Positions 52,170 through 64,000 of a DNA stretch of 64,000 nt are shown piece after piece. How positions within the stretch are numbered: the stretch's first letter is position 1; each line of letters begins with the position of its first letter. Origin of the DNA: Carcharhinus amblyrhynchos. Its lineage: Eukaryota. Made by a program: the position numbers and the translations under genes. A model generated the notes under the pieces. That model saw only the letters and a program-made list of their open reading frames with translations. It was not told where the DNA came from and ran no database searches. The stretch covers positions 104,532,001 through 104,596,000 of the forward strand of contig OZ336878.1 in NCBI GenBank assembly GCA_965287045.1. The letters run 5' to 3'.

Positions 52170-52355
52170 CTGAAGTTAAATACTGGTCTCATAACCCTGC
52201 CCATTTAATCAAATTCCCTGTCAATACTGCTAAAGCAAATCCAACAAAACAAATGATCCAGGCACTGGAAAGGTGTCACCTATTTGGCCGTATAGGCAAT
52301 ATCTGCTAAGAGTCAGTCCCAATGATCCAGAAAGCCATCCTTCCTGTATCATCAT
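52170..52355 (-). mobile_element. CR1 ORF1 (esterase region) relic
   Basis: AGGTGTCACCTATTTGGCCGTATAGG...GTCCCAATGATCCAGAAA is antisense of a FLDHWD...LY..NR.HL block. Confidence 0.55.
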
Positions 52356-53794
52356 CCAAGAAGTAAAACTAAGCATCTAAATATATCTCCCTTTGTTAGT
52401 GAATTGCGTTGATGATAATCACTGGGAATTTGAATTGGCAAGTGTATTTTTTTCAGAGCTGGAGACCTGTTTGTTAGCATTCGACTCACATGCTAGCTTG
52501 ATTAAAAACCTCTGACAACTTCAAGTTTGTGGAGTAAAAACAACACAGAGGTACTGCGATTTCCGTGTCTATTGGAAAGGTTGCCACAAAACACGGTCAG
52601 GAACAACAGGTTATGACCTGCGGGTGGAAACATTACTGAGAAGAGTCACACTGGACTAGAAACTTCAACATTATTATCATCGCATGTGCTACCAGGCATG
52701 CAGAACATACCCAAATCCTTTCATTTTCATTCCAGAATTTGCTCTGTAATAACGTAAACTCTGCTGGCCTCGCAATTCATTTTATATCACGAAACAAGGA
52801 AAATTCCTACCAATTTCTTTCATTTCCAAGTGTGTTCCTGAAATACAACCCGCAAAGTATCGTCACTAGTTGCTTTAAAACTAAGAATTCATTCTTTGCA
52901 GCCTGGATTTACATGGATTTTTAAATATACATTGCATCTGCAAAAATTGCAATTTCTGCAGTCTTTATTTTATTGGAATTGGAAGTTGACTAAATTTTCA
53001 CATTTAATGTTGCCAAAAGGAATAGTGCTATCAGTACCCAACTTGTCACCTTTATAACTTCCACACTGATAATGCACTCATGTGTATCCATTCCAGGGGT
53101 AATATTCCAAACAACAGCTAATGGAAGCTAACATTGTTCCTAACAACATATATTTTGAACTGGCATCACGCTTCTGGAAGCAAAATCAAACCCTATCGAA
53201 CAGCAAACGTCTCCGGCAGTTCTTATCTAGTCACTTACAGAATGTAACACGCCAAAGTCTTACCTGTCAAAACATATTGATGCAAAAGTGTTTATTTCAC
53301 TTTTGCCTTTGTGGTTAACAACTTTGAATTTGGAATCCGTTCTACGTCTTTAATTGGGAACTGGTCTATTTAAGTTTCAAACCCTATATAGAATGCTAAC
53401 ATACACCACGTATTTGGCAAGGGCAATGCTTACGTTAGATTACTAAACACGAGCGAAAATGATCCCGACGAAATAAAATATGTAAAAGGGTCATATGCGC
53501 TCAGATGTGGCTTGCTTGTTTCCTCTGCCGTTTACAAGATTTCTGTTCCCTTTCCTCATTCTATAAAATTCAAAATAAAAACTGTAGCAGCGCACAAATC
53601 CCCCCGCTCTGAATGATAGATGACATAAATATCAGTGAATCAGTGAAGGATCATTGACGTCGCAAAAACTCGAATGATGCTTCAGCTTTTCGTAGAGAGC
53701 GGCATGGCAAACTGGACATAATCCAGATTGATTGCACTAAACTTTTCTGGGATAACTGATACTTCCAATATCACATAGGAGAACAGTGACACTT

Positions 53795-54095
53795 TGATTT
53801 GCATTGCTGCCTCAGCATCAGGGAACCAGGCTTGATTGTGGCCCTGAGTGACTGTCTTTGTGGATTCTGCATATTTTTCCTTCATCTGCGTTGTCGTTCC
53901 TGATTTCTCCCAAAGTTCAAGGATATGTACGTTAGGACGGATGGCCATGTCAGATTGTCCGGCAGCATCCTATGATGTGTCGGTTAGGTGGTTTAGCGGA
54001 TACATCGATGGCGTGGGTCTGGTAACATGCCCTTCCAGAGAGTCAGTAAAGTCAAAATAAATCACATGGCCTCATTTTGCACTGTGGGGATTATA
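53795..54095 (+). mobile_element. Decayed HE1-like SINE
   Basis: GCATTGCTGCCTCA..CAGGGAACCAGG..GTGACTGTCTTTGTGGA..GTTAGG..GATGGCCATG..GGCCTC..TGCACTGT. Confidence 0.7.
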
Positions 54096-55066
54096 TTGCA
54101 GCTTCCAAAAAATGCATTAAATATGTTAAGGAATTTCTTCACAAATATCATTTCAGAACAAACACAATGCCCAGCAGAAAGAAATGTTGAAACAGCGGAA
54201 AGTTAATGTGAACTACAGATTTAAAGCCTGACAATGAAGTACGTGTTGCATAAAAATAAAATCAAAGCAGAGGAAAAGTTATATTTTCCACAAACAAATA
54301 AACATATGCACATTGCTGGTATTACTTAATAGATCCCGTTCTTAATGCCATGAACCAATCGTTTGAAACGTTAGCAAAAGAAAATAATAATAAAAACACT
54401 GCATTTATGGAAGGATGTTATGAGCAAGGAAGTAAAGCCACAATCCCGTTTTTCCTACATTTATGGAATCCATAACTAGGAAAAAAAATCAATTCAGTGT
54501 AAAATAAACAAAAATGAAATACGATGATTAACCTAATATAAAGTCAGAAATATAGGGCTGAAAGTTAACGCATTCAAATGAGATATAAATATATTACATT
54601 TTGAAAAAGAAATGATGGATTACTATGGGTAATCAAAACAATTAGATTGGCATGGTGCGGAGTGAATCGCCTTTAATACATATACATGACATATGTGCAC
54701 GTTTACATACTTGTGTCTCGGATTGTTTTCTGCAACTCTGAAATAAATTAATCGTAATACTTGCCATTATGAAGAAGAGCAACAATCGTCGATTGAGGGA
54801 ACACGGTAGAAAATAAACTGCTGAATAAAAGTAACTGTGGGAGCTTCACCTTTGAAAAATGATCCTTCTAAGCATGCTGGCAAAATATTGACGACTGGAG
54901 TCGCTCTTTAAAAGCTCATGAATGTTTTATCCACTATGAAATCAGTGTAACGCAGATTCAAAGCACTCAGCCGATAGAAATGACTGGTGCTAATAGGAAG
55001 AAGCAAACTTTGAAGGTGCTGCAGAATATCAAATAGCATGCAAAACACTCAGTGATAATAAAGAGC

Positions 55067-55201
55067 ATCCATGCATTGAATACTTCCGTTGACGTTTCTT
55101 ATGTAAGTACATTCGGAAAACATGTATGAAATCCTGTTTCTCACATGGCAATAAAATTGACACTATTTTGAATGTGAAGCCACGAAACGGCGCAGAAATA
55201 C
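55067..55201. repeat. Left arm of ~132-bp inverted repeat
   Basis: Reverse-complement match to 55850-55985 (GTACATTCGGAAAACA, CCTGTTTCTCA, AATAAAATTGACA, TTTGAATGTGAAGCC). Confidence 0.92.
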
Positions 55202-55849
55202 GGTTTCGAGTCATATGAAAAGGCAAATACATGGCCAAATGCTAGTAACTTATTAAGTCTGAGTTGCATGCGCTTCGTTGAAACTGTTTAAAGCTCAAAA
55301 CCAAACATTTCACAGTGGCGGATTTACTTCAGCTTAAACCAACCTTAAAACAAATTATAAGTAAAACAGATGCGTTTAGGAATTGGCGAATTAGAATGTA
55401 GAGGCGATCGTGTTCTCAGATATTACATGCACATGAGTTTGAGAATTTCTAGATATATGAATGTGGACCTGGAAGTCTGGTACGGGAACAGCGCTATTGC
55501 TTCCCGGGGCATTATTATTTCTTGCTCTGAACAATTGTATGGGCGAGTCGCATTAGGTATCTTTTCGTTTAGATTCCTAGCCAGCATTGTTATTCGGCGG
55601 AGTGGCGAACGAATATCGCCTTCATTCTGAGGACAGTTGCTATCCTGGGGAATGTGTGATTTCGAAATTTTTCTTGAAGTCTTGTAGTGATTTTATTTTC
55701 CACTTTTCGGTAATGAAGATCGAATTCAAAATTAAGTTGTATGCAGAGGTAAGCTAATGAAATACATATACATCCTCTCCACGGTGCTGAAAACCCACCG
55801 ATTATCCGTTTTAGTTTAAATAAAATGATTGCAGGCCCAGGAAGGACAG

Positions 55850-55985
55850 TATATCTCTGCGTCGTTTTGCGGCTTCACATTCAAAGTACTGTCAATTTTA
55901 TTCTCATATGAGAAACAGGGTTTCATACGTGTTTTCCGAATGTACCTGTATAAGAAATATCAACGGATGTGCTCAATCCATAGAT
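55850..55985. repeat. Right arm of ~132-bp inverted repeat
   Basis: The ORFs 55029-55238(-) and 55829-56017(+) show the same peptide (GFTFK..SIL...EKQ.FI.VFRMYL.KK.QR), confirming the inversion. Confidence 0.92.
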
Positions 55986-56001
55986 ATTGTCCAAAAAAAG
56001 G

Positions 56002-56060
56002 GGCCGTGATGTGGTGATGCCGACGTCTGACTGGGGTGAACACAGTAAGAAGTCTCAAAC
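56002..56060 (+). mobile_element. Penelope terminal-repeat fragment
   Basis: GATGTGGTGATGCCGACGTCTGACTGGGGTGAACACAGTAAGAAGTCTCA, overlapping in sequence with the 43838 element. Confidence 0.6.
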
Positions 56061-57344
56061 GCTAATATAATGCCCATCAGTTTTTTTTTGCAATCACGAG
56101 ATCATGTGAGTGGAATTAGAAAAAAAGGCGAAATTATTTCAGGAGCTTTCCAACAATCAAATACATGGAAATTGATTGGTCATTGACTTATAGATGCGCA
56201 TGCCAATGACAAACGAACTTGGGTTGCTGATAATGTGCCCGCTGTACTGGAGATATGTTCCCGACCGGAAACTGTAATTAGGTGTTAATTTAGAGCCAAG
56301 GATGACGGAAGATAAGGGGCGGTAGGCGTGATAGTAAAAGAATGTCAAAAGGATAACAGTACTGTTTGCTCACAAGATGATCACGGTGGATGGACGTTCA
56401 AAAAATTAACCATTAGTTGGCGCCAGAATGTTTCTGTACTCTTCGCAGTTGGTACACCTCTGAACTAGAAAACACAAAACACGTGATGCTAATAATTCAT
56501 GTTCTCCATAAGTTGACAGGTGTAACGTGCACTTCGGGTTTCTCAGTTTTTCTCAGTAAAAGAGAAAAAAAAATGGTTACAATAGATTCTGAATTTGAGT
56601 CCAATATTCATTCAACCATAGGCCTCTAGTTTAATATCAAACACGGGACAATGTTGTGGAGTGAATTTTTGCCAGATGAAAAAGAGAATAATGCAGTAGG
56701 AAACACGAAGAATCATTTTTGGCTAGATATATGTTGCGGGAGAACAAAGAATCACATGGAAGGTCTAGATATCAAAATATCACTTAGATATCACATCATA
56801 TTCTGAAGGTTACCGATTGCAAAACTATTAACTAATAATGAGCAGTTAGATTCAATGCAAATTGTAATTGGGAAATGATCGGTCGACTAACTGCTCCGGC
56901 AGCGGGTCCTGGATCAAAATACACTTCTGTGAATGAAACTGAATTCTGGAAGATCGGAATTCCCTATTGGACAATGATAGTTCCGAACTCTGCTGTTGGT
57001 TTTCAAAGTATATTATTCGATCTTACTTTTCTGGCTTGTCTGAAGGGCGAATTCTGTAAGAGGAAATACAATGTTGCAAACAATGTTACGCGCTAAATTT
57101 AGCATTGCGTCACATTAAACTTGGTATTATTAGTATGAAAATTGAAACACTAATACACGGGGATAATATCACTACAACACTATCTTGCGCGAAGCAGACA
57201 AGGAAACTGAATGCGTGTCTGGAAGTGTGTGTAAAGAAGGAGGTTCCATACATTTCATGTGATCATTGTTTCTTCAGAAAAGGGGGAGTGTGAGTTGGAT
57301 CATGGGCAATGCAGGTGATGGAACGCTGTCCAAACTGACAGCTG

Positions 57345-58035
57345 TTCTAAAAGGAGACGATTTGCAGTCAGGAATTACAAACAATGCAAACATTGTTTCA
57401 ACATCTGAGAAAGCCGCTCGATTTCTTGTAATTTGACTACCATACAAATTCAAAAAGGGAGCCAAAAGCTTGCAGTTGTGAGAGCGAGAAACCCTGCAGA
57501 TGTTCTCATTGCGGACGAAATCTCTTTCATTCAACTGGTCAGTCGATACGCAAACGAAGTCACAGCTTGGGGGAAACGGTGGAAATGTGGAAAATGAGAA
57601 ATTCAATTAAACATCAGATTTGGAAACTCATTGGACACTCATACTGGCGAGGGATCGTTTTCGTTTTCTCTGTGTGGGAATGGATTCACTACGTTATTCG
57701 GCCTACAGTCACAACGGCGAACTCACGCTGAGAAGAGTTAGCTGCACATTCTGATGGATGAATTTCCGGTAGACATCGGCCTTCACCAATGAGGCCAACC
57801 TGGAGAAAGATCATTCATCTACTCCTTGTGTGGAAGGGGGTTCAAATATTCACTTCTACTACTCAAACACCGTGAATTCACGCAGTCAGTAGGCTGTTCG
57901 CCTGCTCCATTTGTGGGAAGGGATGTCTACAGTAATCCGAACTGCTGACACACCAACGAACTCAACATGGAGGGAGACTGTCCACTTGGGACCCACCCCT
58001 CACAAACGTCCGAGTGAGAAGGAATTAATTCAGTT
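57345..58035 (+). pseudogene. C2H2 (Kruppel-type) zinc-finger pseudogene of the shark tandem-ZNF class
   Basis: From 57486: EKPCRCSHCGRNLFHSTGQSIRKRSH; then KRWKCGK*; HTGEGSFSFSLCGNGFTTLFGLQSQRRTH; GERSFIYSLCGRGFKYSLLLLKHR; RLFACSICGKGCLQ*SELLTHQRTQ. About five fingers, with stops, frameshifts and lost Zn ligands. Confidence 0.9.
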
Positions 58036-58520
58036 AGTTACCTTGGTGACACGTGAGCATGTGTAAAACTGACTTGGAAATCTTGGTTTCAGATGGATTG
58101 CAAACAGAATCAGGAAGTGAGGAAACACATTTAATGCGGTGTAGGTTCGGAAATGAACAGTCTTGAACAGGCGCTGTGCGTATTCGATAAAATACGTTTG
58201 TTGTTGTACACCGGTTCGCAAAATCTGAACAGAAAGTACGCGGTGATTGCACACCATGTGACACAATAATTCGTGAAGATCTTTTTACTGTATGCATTCA
58301 TGTCAGTTCACTGAGAAAAAGCTTGACGGAAAGAGCTAGATAAAATATTACATATTTTAAATCTAGTTTCGGACAATCAGGTAGCTATGCTTTGTAATCT
58401 CTTCATGAAGTATCCACTGCTAAAATCAGCATTATCAATGGAGTTACATGCCCTGTTAAAACTGCAAACAATTCACTACAGTTGCGAACACGACTATCCC
58501 ACTTCTATGAACCAATTAAA

Positions 58521-58795
58521 GATTTATTTTTATTTATTAGTCACAGGAAAGGCTTACATTAACACTGCAATGGAATTATTGTGAACATCCCGTAGTCATC
58601 ACACGCTGGCGCCTGTTCGTGTCAATGTGCGTAACCATCACGTCTTTCAGACTATGGGAGTACTCGGAGGAAATCTACGCAGACACGGGGAGAACGTGCA
58701 AACTCTACACAGAAAGTGACCCATGCCGGCAATCGAACCCAGGTCCCTGGCGCTGTGAAGCAGCAGTGCTAACCACTGTGCTATCGTGTTGTCCC
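58521..58795 (-). mobile_element. Full-length V-SINE
   Basis: Reverse complement starts GGGACAACACGATAGCACAGTGGTTAGCACTGCTGCTTCACAGCGCCAGGGACCTGGGTTCGATT and ends in an AATAAATAAAA tail. Confidence 0.93.
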
Positions 58796-59269
58796 ACATC
58801 GATGGAAGGGTACAGCGACTTCATTTTTGTTGTGTAGCTCACGGCATGTCTGCCACTTAAGTGCAGAGTCGGCAAGGAGTGTTGCGTTTAAGAAATAAGT
58901 TAATACCTAAATAACATTTATGGTGAAGTATCCCTTCACCTTCGCCGATGCTATTGGCGACACTCCTATTGAAGGAAATATTGGTACTAGATAATTTGTG
59001 AACTGAAGGAAGCCATCAGCGTTTACGTCACTTTTAATGTGTGCAACCCATAGGTACTGCAACGTTTTGAATCTGTACTCATTGAATGTTGAAATTTGCA
59101 ACTACAAATAGAGATCGGTTTTGCCTATAGTGCCAATATGTACCGAAATAGACACTGGAGCCAGGTGAACCTTTTTTATTTCAATACGTAAATGCTATTG
59201 CCCTGACCTAGAATCTTTTGCTTCCCGAATAGATTTCCTCAAAAATCTGAATGCGCTCTATCCTATGGT

Positions 59270-60000
59270 GACATTTTCTGGCCGACCTTCCGCTAAAAAG
59301 ATCTTACTCAACTCATTCAGTTTTGGAATTCGTGAGGCCAGATCATTTCATCTCCTGCCCTCATATGCACTTTACAGCGTTAGCTTCCGAATCTTTGTAA
59401 ACGTTCAAAAACACAATGGGAACTTTTGAGACGCTGAGAAGGATTTTCAGTGTCGTCACGAGTACTTATTGCAGGTTCACGAGGTAAGTGTGTAAAACTG
59501 GAGGTGGCGCGGAGTAAGTGGTCAAACGGATAGCGGGGTGAAACCACTGGATAAGAGGTTGATGGCAACCTGTTACGGCGTTAGGTAGGCAAGTGGCAAC
59601 TCAGTTGGGCGTCAAGGGGTTACATTTTTCAGTTGTAATCATGGAAATTCGGAGCGTCAAGAAGTAAGATGATTGCTCGAATACGGAAAAGGTAAGTGTT
59701 AGAATGGGGCGGGGTGAGTCGGGTGGTGGTTCCTGACAGGTTGACCCTGGGCAGTTTGCGTCAGACGGTAGCAAAGGGCTCAGTTGGAAGATCGGCTGCA
59801 CAAATCGGGAGATCGGAGGTTTGTGCAGCATCGGGGTATCAAGTGTCAGCCTGATTCCGGGGCCACAATAATCGGGGCATGTTGGGAGGGAGTTTCATAC
59901 TGTTGTGGGTGATCTCGAGGACAGCCAGTGCGTCTGGAAGGGAGTTGAGGATGAGTTTTATCGTTACCCAAGATTTAATCCGAGATTTTCTATTGATCCG
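59270..60000. mobile_element. GC-richer degenerate interspersed repeat, similar in style to 4563-5490
   Basis: G-rich block with GATCGG repeats. No clean termini. Confidence 0.3.
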
Positions 60001-60534
60001 AGCACTTCCTGCATAATTTGTGATGCAAGCAAGATTGGTCTATCCAAAATATAACCCAGAAGATTTATCTAGGAAAAGTTATGACATCCAAGACATTCCC
60101 TTGAGTCAGTGCATTGTAATATATGCGAGTCCAGACGCGGAATATTCGTGTTCCATTTGCCTTCCCTGATCTAGAGACAGGAAGTTCAGTACTAAAGTAT
60201 CATAAAATGGTGTCGATACCACGGTACTGCTCTCAGAAGTCGGCATACACGTAACAATTTGATTCTCATGAATGGCAAATAGCACACTGAAACGATTTTC
60301 CGGAGTACGTTACAATTACATTCGGTAAAGTGCATATGTCAGGTTCGTAAGTAGAGTAGGGCCCATGTTAAACAGGTAGAGACAACAATAATTCAATACT
60401 GACTCTTTGATGCGACCACTGTGTCACAGTGAACTGCTAATAACGAAGACTTTGATTTGCAGAGCACTTTTCCAAAACTACGTGTAACATGCAACTTATA
60501 AGTCTTGTGGAAAAAGTGGATAATATTACAATTG

Positions 60535-60815
60535 CATGGACATATTGGTAGAATGAATGGAGAAGTTACAGCTTAAATTTAATGATACGAAGCGTAAAAT
60601 GTTATTTTGATTGGATTATTTGTTGAGAAAATTTGCAATTCAGGTCCAACTTCAAAGTTAGTGCAGCAGCAGAGCGACATCATTTGACATGTGCTCAGAC
60701 TTTTGAAGGCGACACGGCAGATTGAGGGAGCACGTGATAAATTCTACCATGCAAATAGTTTTAAAATAGTGGCGTAGAGTTTAAAAAAAGTCATGTAAGT
60801 GTTTTGAACTTGTGT
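60535..60815 (+). mobile_element. Decayed CR1 ORF2 fragment
   Basis: AAATTTAATGATACGAAGCGTAAAATGTTATTTTG (FNxxKCxVxHF-like) and AATAGTGGCGTAGAGTTTAAAA (NRGIEFK-like). Confidence 0.55.
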
Positions 60816-62204
60816 CAATAACCAAGCAAATATCAGAAGCACGTCTCAGTTTGCTGCGGTATGCATTACACGCTCCTGCAATCAAATTCAGCGAACACCT
60901 TTGCAAAGAGAAAAAAATCACCGTGAAAAGTGTCCATCATTTGTTCTGAATTTGCAGAAAATGCGGATAAAAGTAGGCAAATAAGCTTTAGCAAATCAAT
61001 GCAGAAACCTGACAATTAGTAACATGGCAGAAACTGTCTTTATCACTTGAATATTCTTGCCTCATGCATTTTTTGTAGCGTTTATATATTCGTTCGCTTT
61101 CCTGAAGTAAACATAGTTCTTCCACGTTAACGTTATTTCGGGGTTATGCAGACTATCCATTAATTTACTTAAATCAGCATGTACACTGTCATTCCAGTCG
61201 ATATGTTTCGTCAAGAGACGTCCCTATTTTCCGTTGGTAAATTTCATTCCATTGATTGTTGGAAGTATTTATTGTATTCGGGGGCATTCTTCAATTGTAA
61301 TGGCGTGCGATGTTTTTTTTTAAACAGGAATAACCAACAAGTTAACCAAAATGATACAGAGATGACACAAATCTCTTACATGGACATTGGATTGGGAAAT
61401 CGATCTAATCGCCTCATTCTGCACTACGTGGAGTCTATGGCTCCATGGTTACAGAATTTACAGCCTTGAACTACTGAAATCCAGCCTCTTAGTTAAATCA
61501 GCAAATCCTTCCTGCACATGCCCCAATGCAACACTGCAGAATGTTTTGTCTTTCCTGAACGCACACATCCACATACCACCTGCATTTATCTAAATCACCT
61601 GCTCTCCAGTAACGAATGCTTCCGCTGAAGTCATCTATTCTTTGCTAATTTCAGCTCATCATTTTTATTTCTATTCTGACGTAAGTGCACAGTGAATTGC
61701 TGTGATATTACTCCACTCCAGATACTGTGTCCCAATGATCTGCATTAGTCTGCTGAGAATCACGGCTGTGGGATCGTGCAACAGTGACACTCATATCTCT
61801 CCAGTTATGCTCTACTGGCATGAGCACATACAATAGCTGCTTCTAACTTGGAGTATTTATTATTCACTCAAATCGTTGAGAAATTCAATTCGAAACGAAG
61901 TTACTCTGCAAACATCGGGCATTTATTTAAGCTGCGCCAGAATCAAAAGACATATACACATAAAAATTCCAGTTGTTACCTGAGTCATGAGCTTCTATCA
62001 GTTCTGCAAGACAGAGAGAGAAAAAAGAGTTCAATTGTTTTAAAATAACACCTCAGACTGAAACAGCTTTGGTTAATCGACATTATGAAAACGATCATTT
62101 AACCTGGCCTATCGATTTCCGCTAATTGTTCAAGAATGCGTGTTAGAATCTGCTATTAGAACTAGTTTTTGACCGTTAGGTCATTAGAAGTCGTTTTCTT
62201 TATT

Positions 62205-62400
62205 TAATGAGATGTTTATTTCGCTGGTTGGCAAGGACAACAACTGTTGCCCATGTCTAAATGCACTCGACATAGTGGTGAAGGATGGTCGTTAAGAACG
62301 ACTGCACTCCATCAAGTGGAGGCATGGCTGTCGTGCTATTCAAAGGAAGTCCAAGGATTTTGATCCATCTTAAATGGAAGAAAAGTAACATGGAATGATA
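62205..62400 (-). mobile_element. LINE 3'-end fragment (same family as 35465 and 37815)
   Basis: TCGCTGG..GGCAAGG..TTGCCCATGTCTAAATGC..GTGGTGA..GAACGACTGCACTCCAT..CCAAGGATTTTGATCCA. Confidence 0.65.
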
Positions 62401-63804
62401 TCAGATACGCAAATTATAACACGTTTCATACAATTTCGCTATCTACTTTTTGACAGAAACAATTAGCATTGTTTCCGCACGCAAAACGATAATTGCTGTA
62501 TTGTCTTGACATTTCCATCATAGATTTTGTTGCAAATTGGCATTGAAAGTACTCGTGCACCATGTCAATATAATTAAGCGGACCAAAGCAGTGCAAGTGC
62601 ATGTGAAAATTAAGTGCAACAAGTAATATAAATATACTTATTCCATATCTTACCTTTTTCTTTCTTGGCTAGTGATGTTTCTGCCCAACAAAATAAAACT
62701 CTATCGTCACAAAGCAGCAACGAGGCTATATAGTCGACAAAAACTGAGCATTACAAGGAATTAGGAACATTCCTTGAAAGTGACTCAGTGTTTTGAGCTA
62801 ATTCTCATCATTCATTTTTATGTTAATATAGATTTATTGACTTGAGGCATTTTTATTCGTAGAATAGATTATAGACCTTGCAGTGAATGATCTGCGTGGA
62901 TTTTTTTTATTTCAAAGTAATACACCAGCAAGGGAATTACTACAATTTATTTGTTAAGATATTAATTATAGTCGTTCAGATCTAAACAGTAGCCTTAAAA
63001 GTAATTATGTGGTCAAATACAATGTGCAGCAGCCGATGAGAAACAGCTAAGGAAATTTTTCAAAACATGGGATCGATTTTCAAATTTCAATCACTTGCTA
63101 CAACGTTGGATGGTTCAGATAACGGGTTCATATAATGGCCAATCCATTGTTGGTAAATGTCAAGTAGGGAAGGCGTATGATAAGAAATGGAAATTTCGGT
63201 ATTTTGTAATGATTATTTTGAAAATATTCAGCTATTGGATGTTCTATGGTGAAAAAAGCAGCCGTTAAATGTTCAACTTCATTCGTTTCTGATAAAAGCC
63301 TACAGATGTTCAGTTGCACGCTCAAACAAATATTGCGTGGTTGCAACTGTAAACAATTCAGAATTAATTTATTCATACCTAACGATTCATATTTTGCCTT
63401 CAATTCTAAAGGAAAATTATAATTTGTTTAGTCCTGTGCATCATACAACCTGAGAGAGAAAGAAAAGAGTGGAATATGATCGATCCAACAGAACATAATA
63501 GTAATATTAAAACGTAATAACTGTAGTAATGAAAAAAAGTGCTAGTTGCAGCAAACGTCCTTGGAAACTGCACACAATAGAGAAGATCATATATATTGTT
63601 TCGACTCCCTAAGAAACTAGTTGCATCATAATACTCTAAATAGGGCTTCCTTCTTCCTGCATTTGTGTCTAAATGTATTCAGCACTAACATTTTTGATGT
63701 TGTTTGCATATAACAACGTTGGAAGAAATTAGTTTCTAGTATTATTTCATCGACGTAACGATATCTGCAAATGTTTGTTGTTTCAAGTGAGAATGAAGTC
63801 CAGC

Positions 63805-63900
63805 ATTGATGCTGAAATCTAAATTAAATGCAGAAAATGTTGCAAAGACCCAACAGGTCTGGTGGCTTGTGTGGATAGGAAAGTGTCGTAACGTTTGGAG
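63805..63900. mobile_element. Penelope-like terminal fragment
   Basis: GATGCTGAAATCT..AAATGCAGAAAATGTTGCAAA..CAACAGGTCTGG, the typical elasmobranch Penelope end. Confidence 0.55.
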
Positions 63901-64000
63901 TCTGTATGAATATTCTTTGAAGTGAAAGATATGGTGCGATGTGATGACGTACACACCATCTACACCCCCTCCCCCATTGTATAGCATCTGAGGGCTCCCC

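Noticed and set aside
55029-56017. Pair of divergent paralogous small proteins
   Set aside because: Peptide similarity is confined to the inverted-repeat arms, and starts and ends are unrelated.

Overview
Vertebrate non-coding DNA, almost certainly from a cartilaginous fish (shark). The evidence is HE1/V-SINEs, SacSINE1-like DeuSINEs, CR1 LINEs with short microsatellite tails, Penelope, Rex1 and Gmr1-like Gypsy relics, and a shark-type C2H2 zinc-finger pseudogene. I find no intact protein-coding gene, tRNA, rRNA or CRISPR array. The longest ORFs are CR1 ORF2 fragments, their antisense, or low-complexity artefacts. The structure is richer than a plain repeat graveyard. (1) An old ~3 kb modular tandem array (about 8985-17830) has internal sub-duplications and one hypervariable junction holding a solo LTR (5-bp TSD) in one copy and G-tract expansions in two others. 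(2) A triply deleted tandem duplicate of 1-6200 lies at 6755-7860. (3) A composite LINE+V-SINE insertion has a perfect 41-bp inverted copy of nearby target DNA at its 5' junction. (4) A ~130-bp inverted repeat pair sits at 55-56 kb. (5) AT-rich DNA across the window seems to lack the usual vertebrate CpG depletion, except in the youngest CR1, which suggests a long-lived germline-hypomethylated domain. Repeat family names come from my recall of consensus sequences, not a database search. Identities are by-eye estimates. I cannot support a claim of a new protein-based system.
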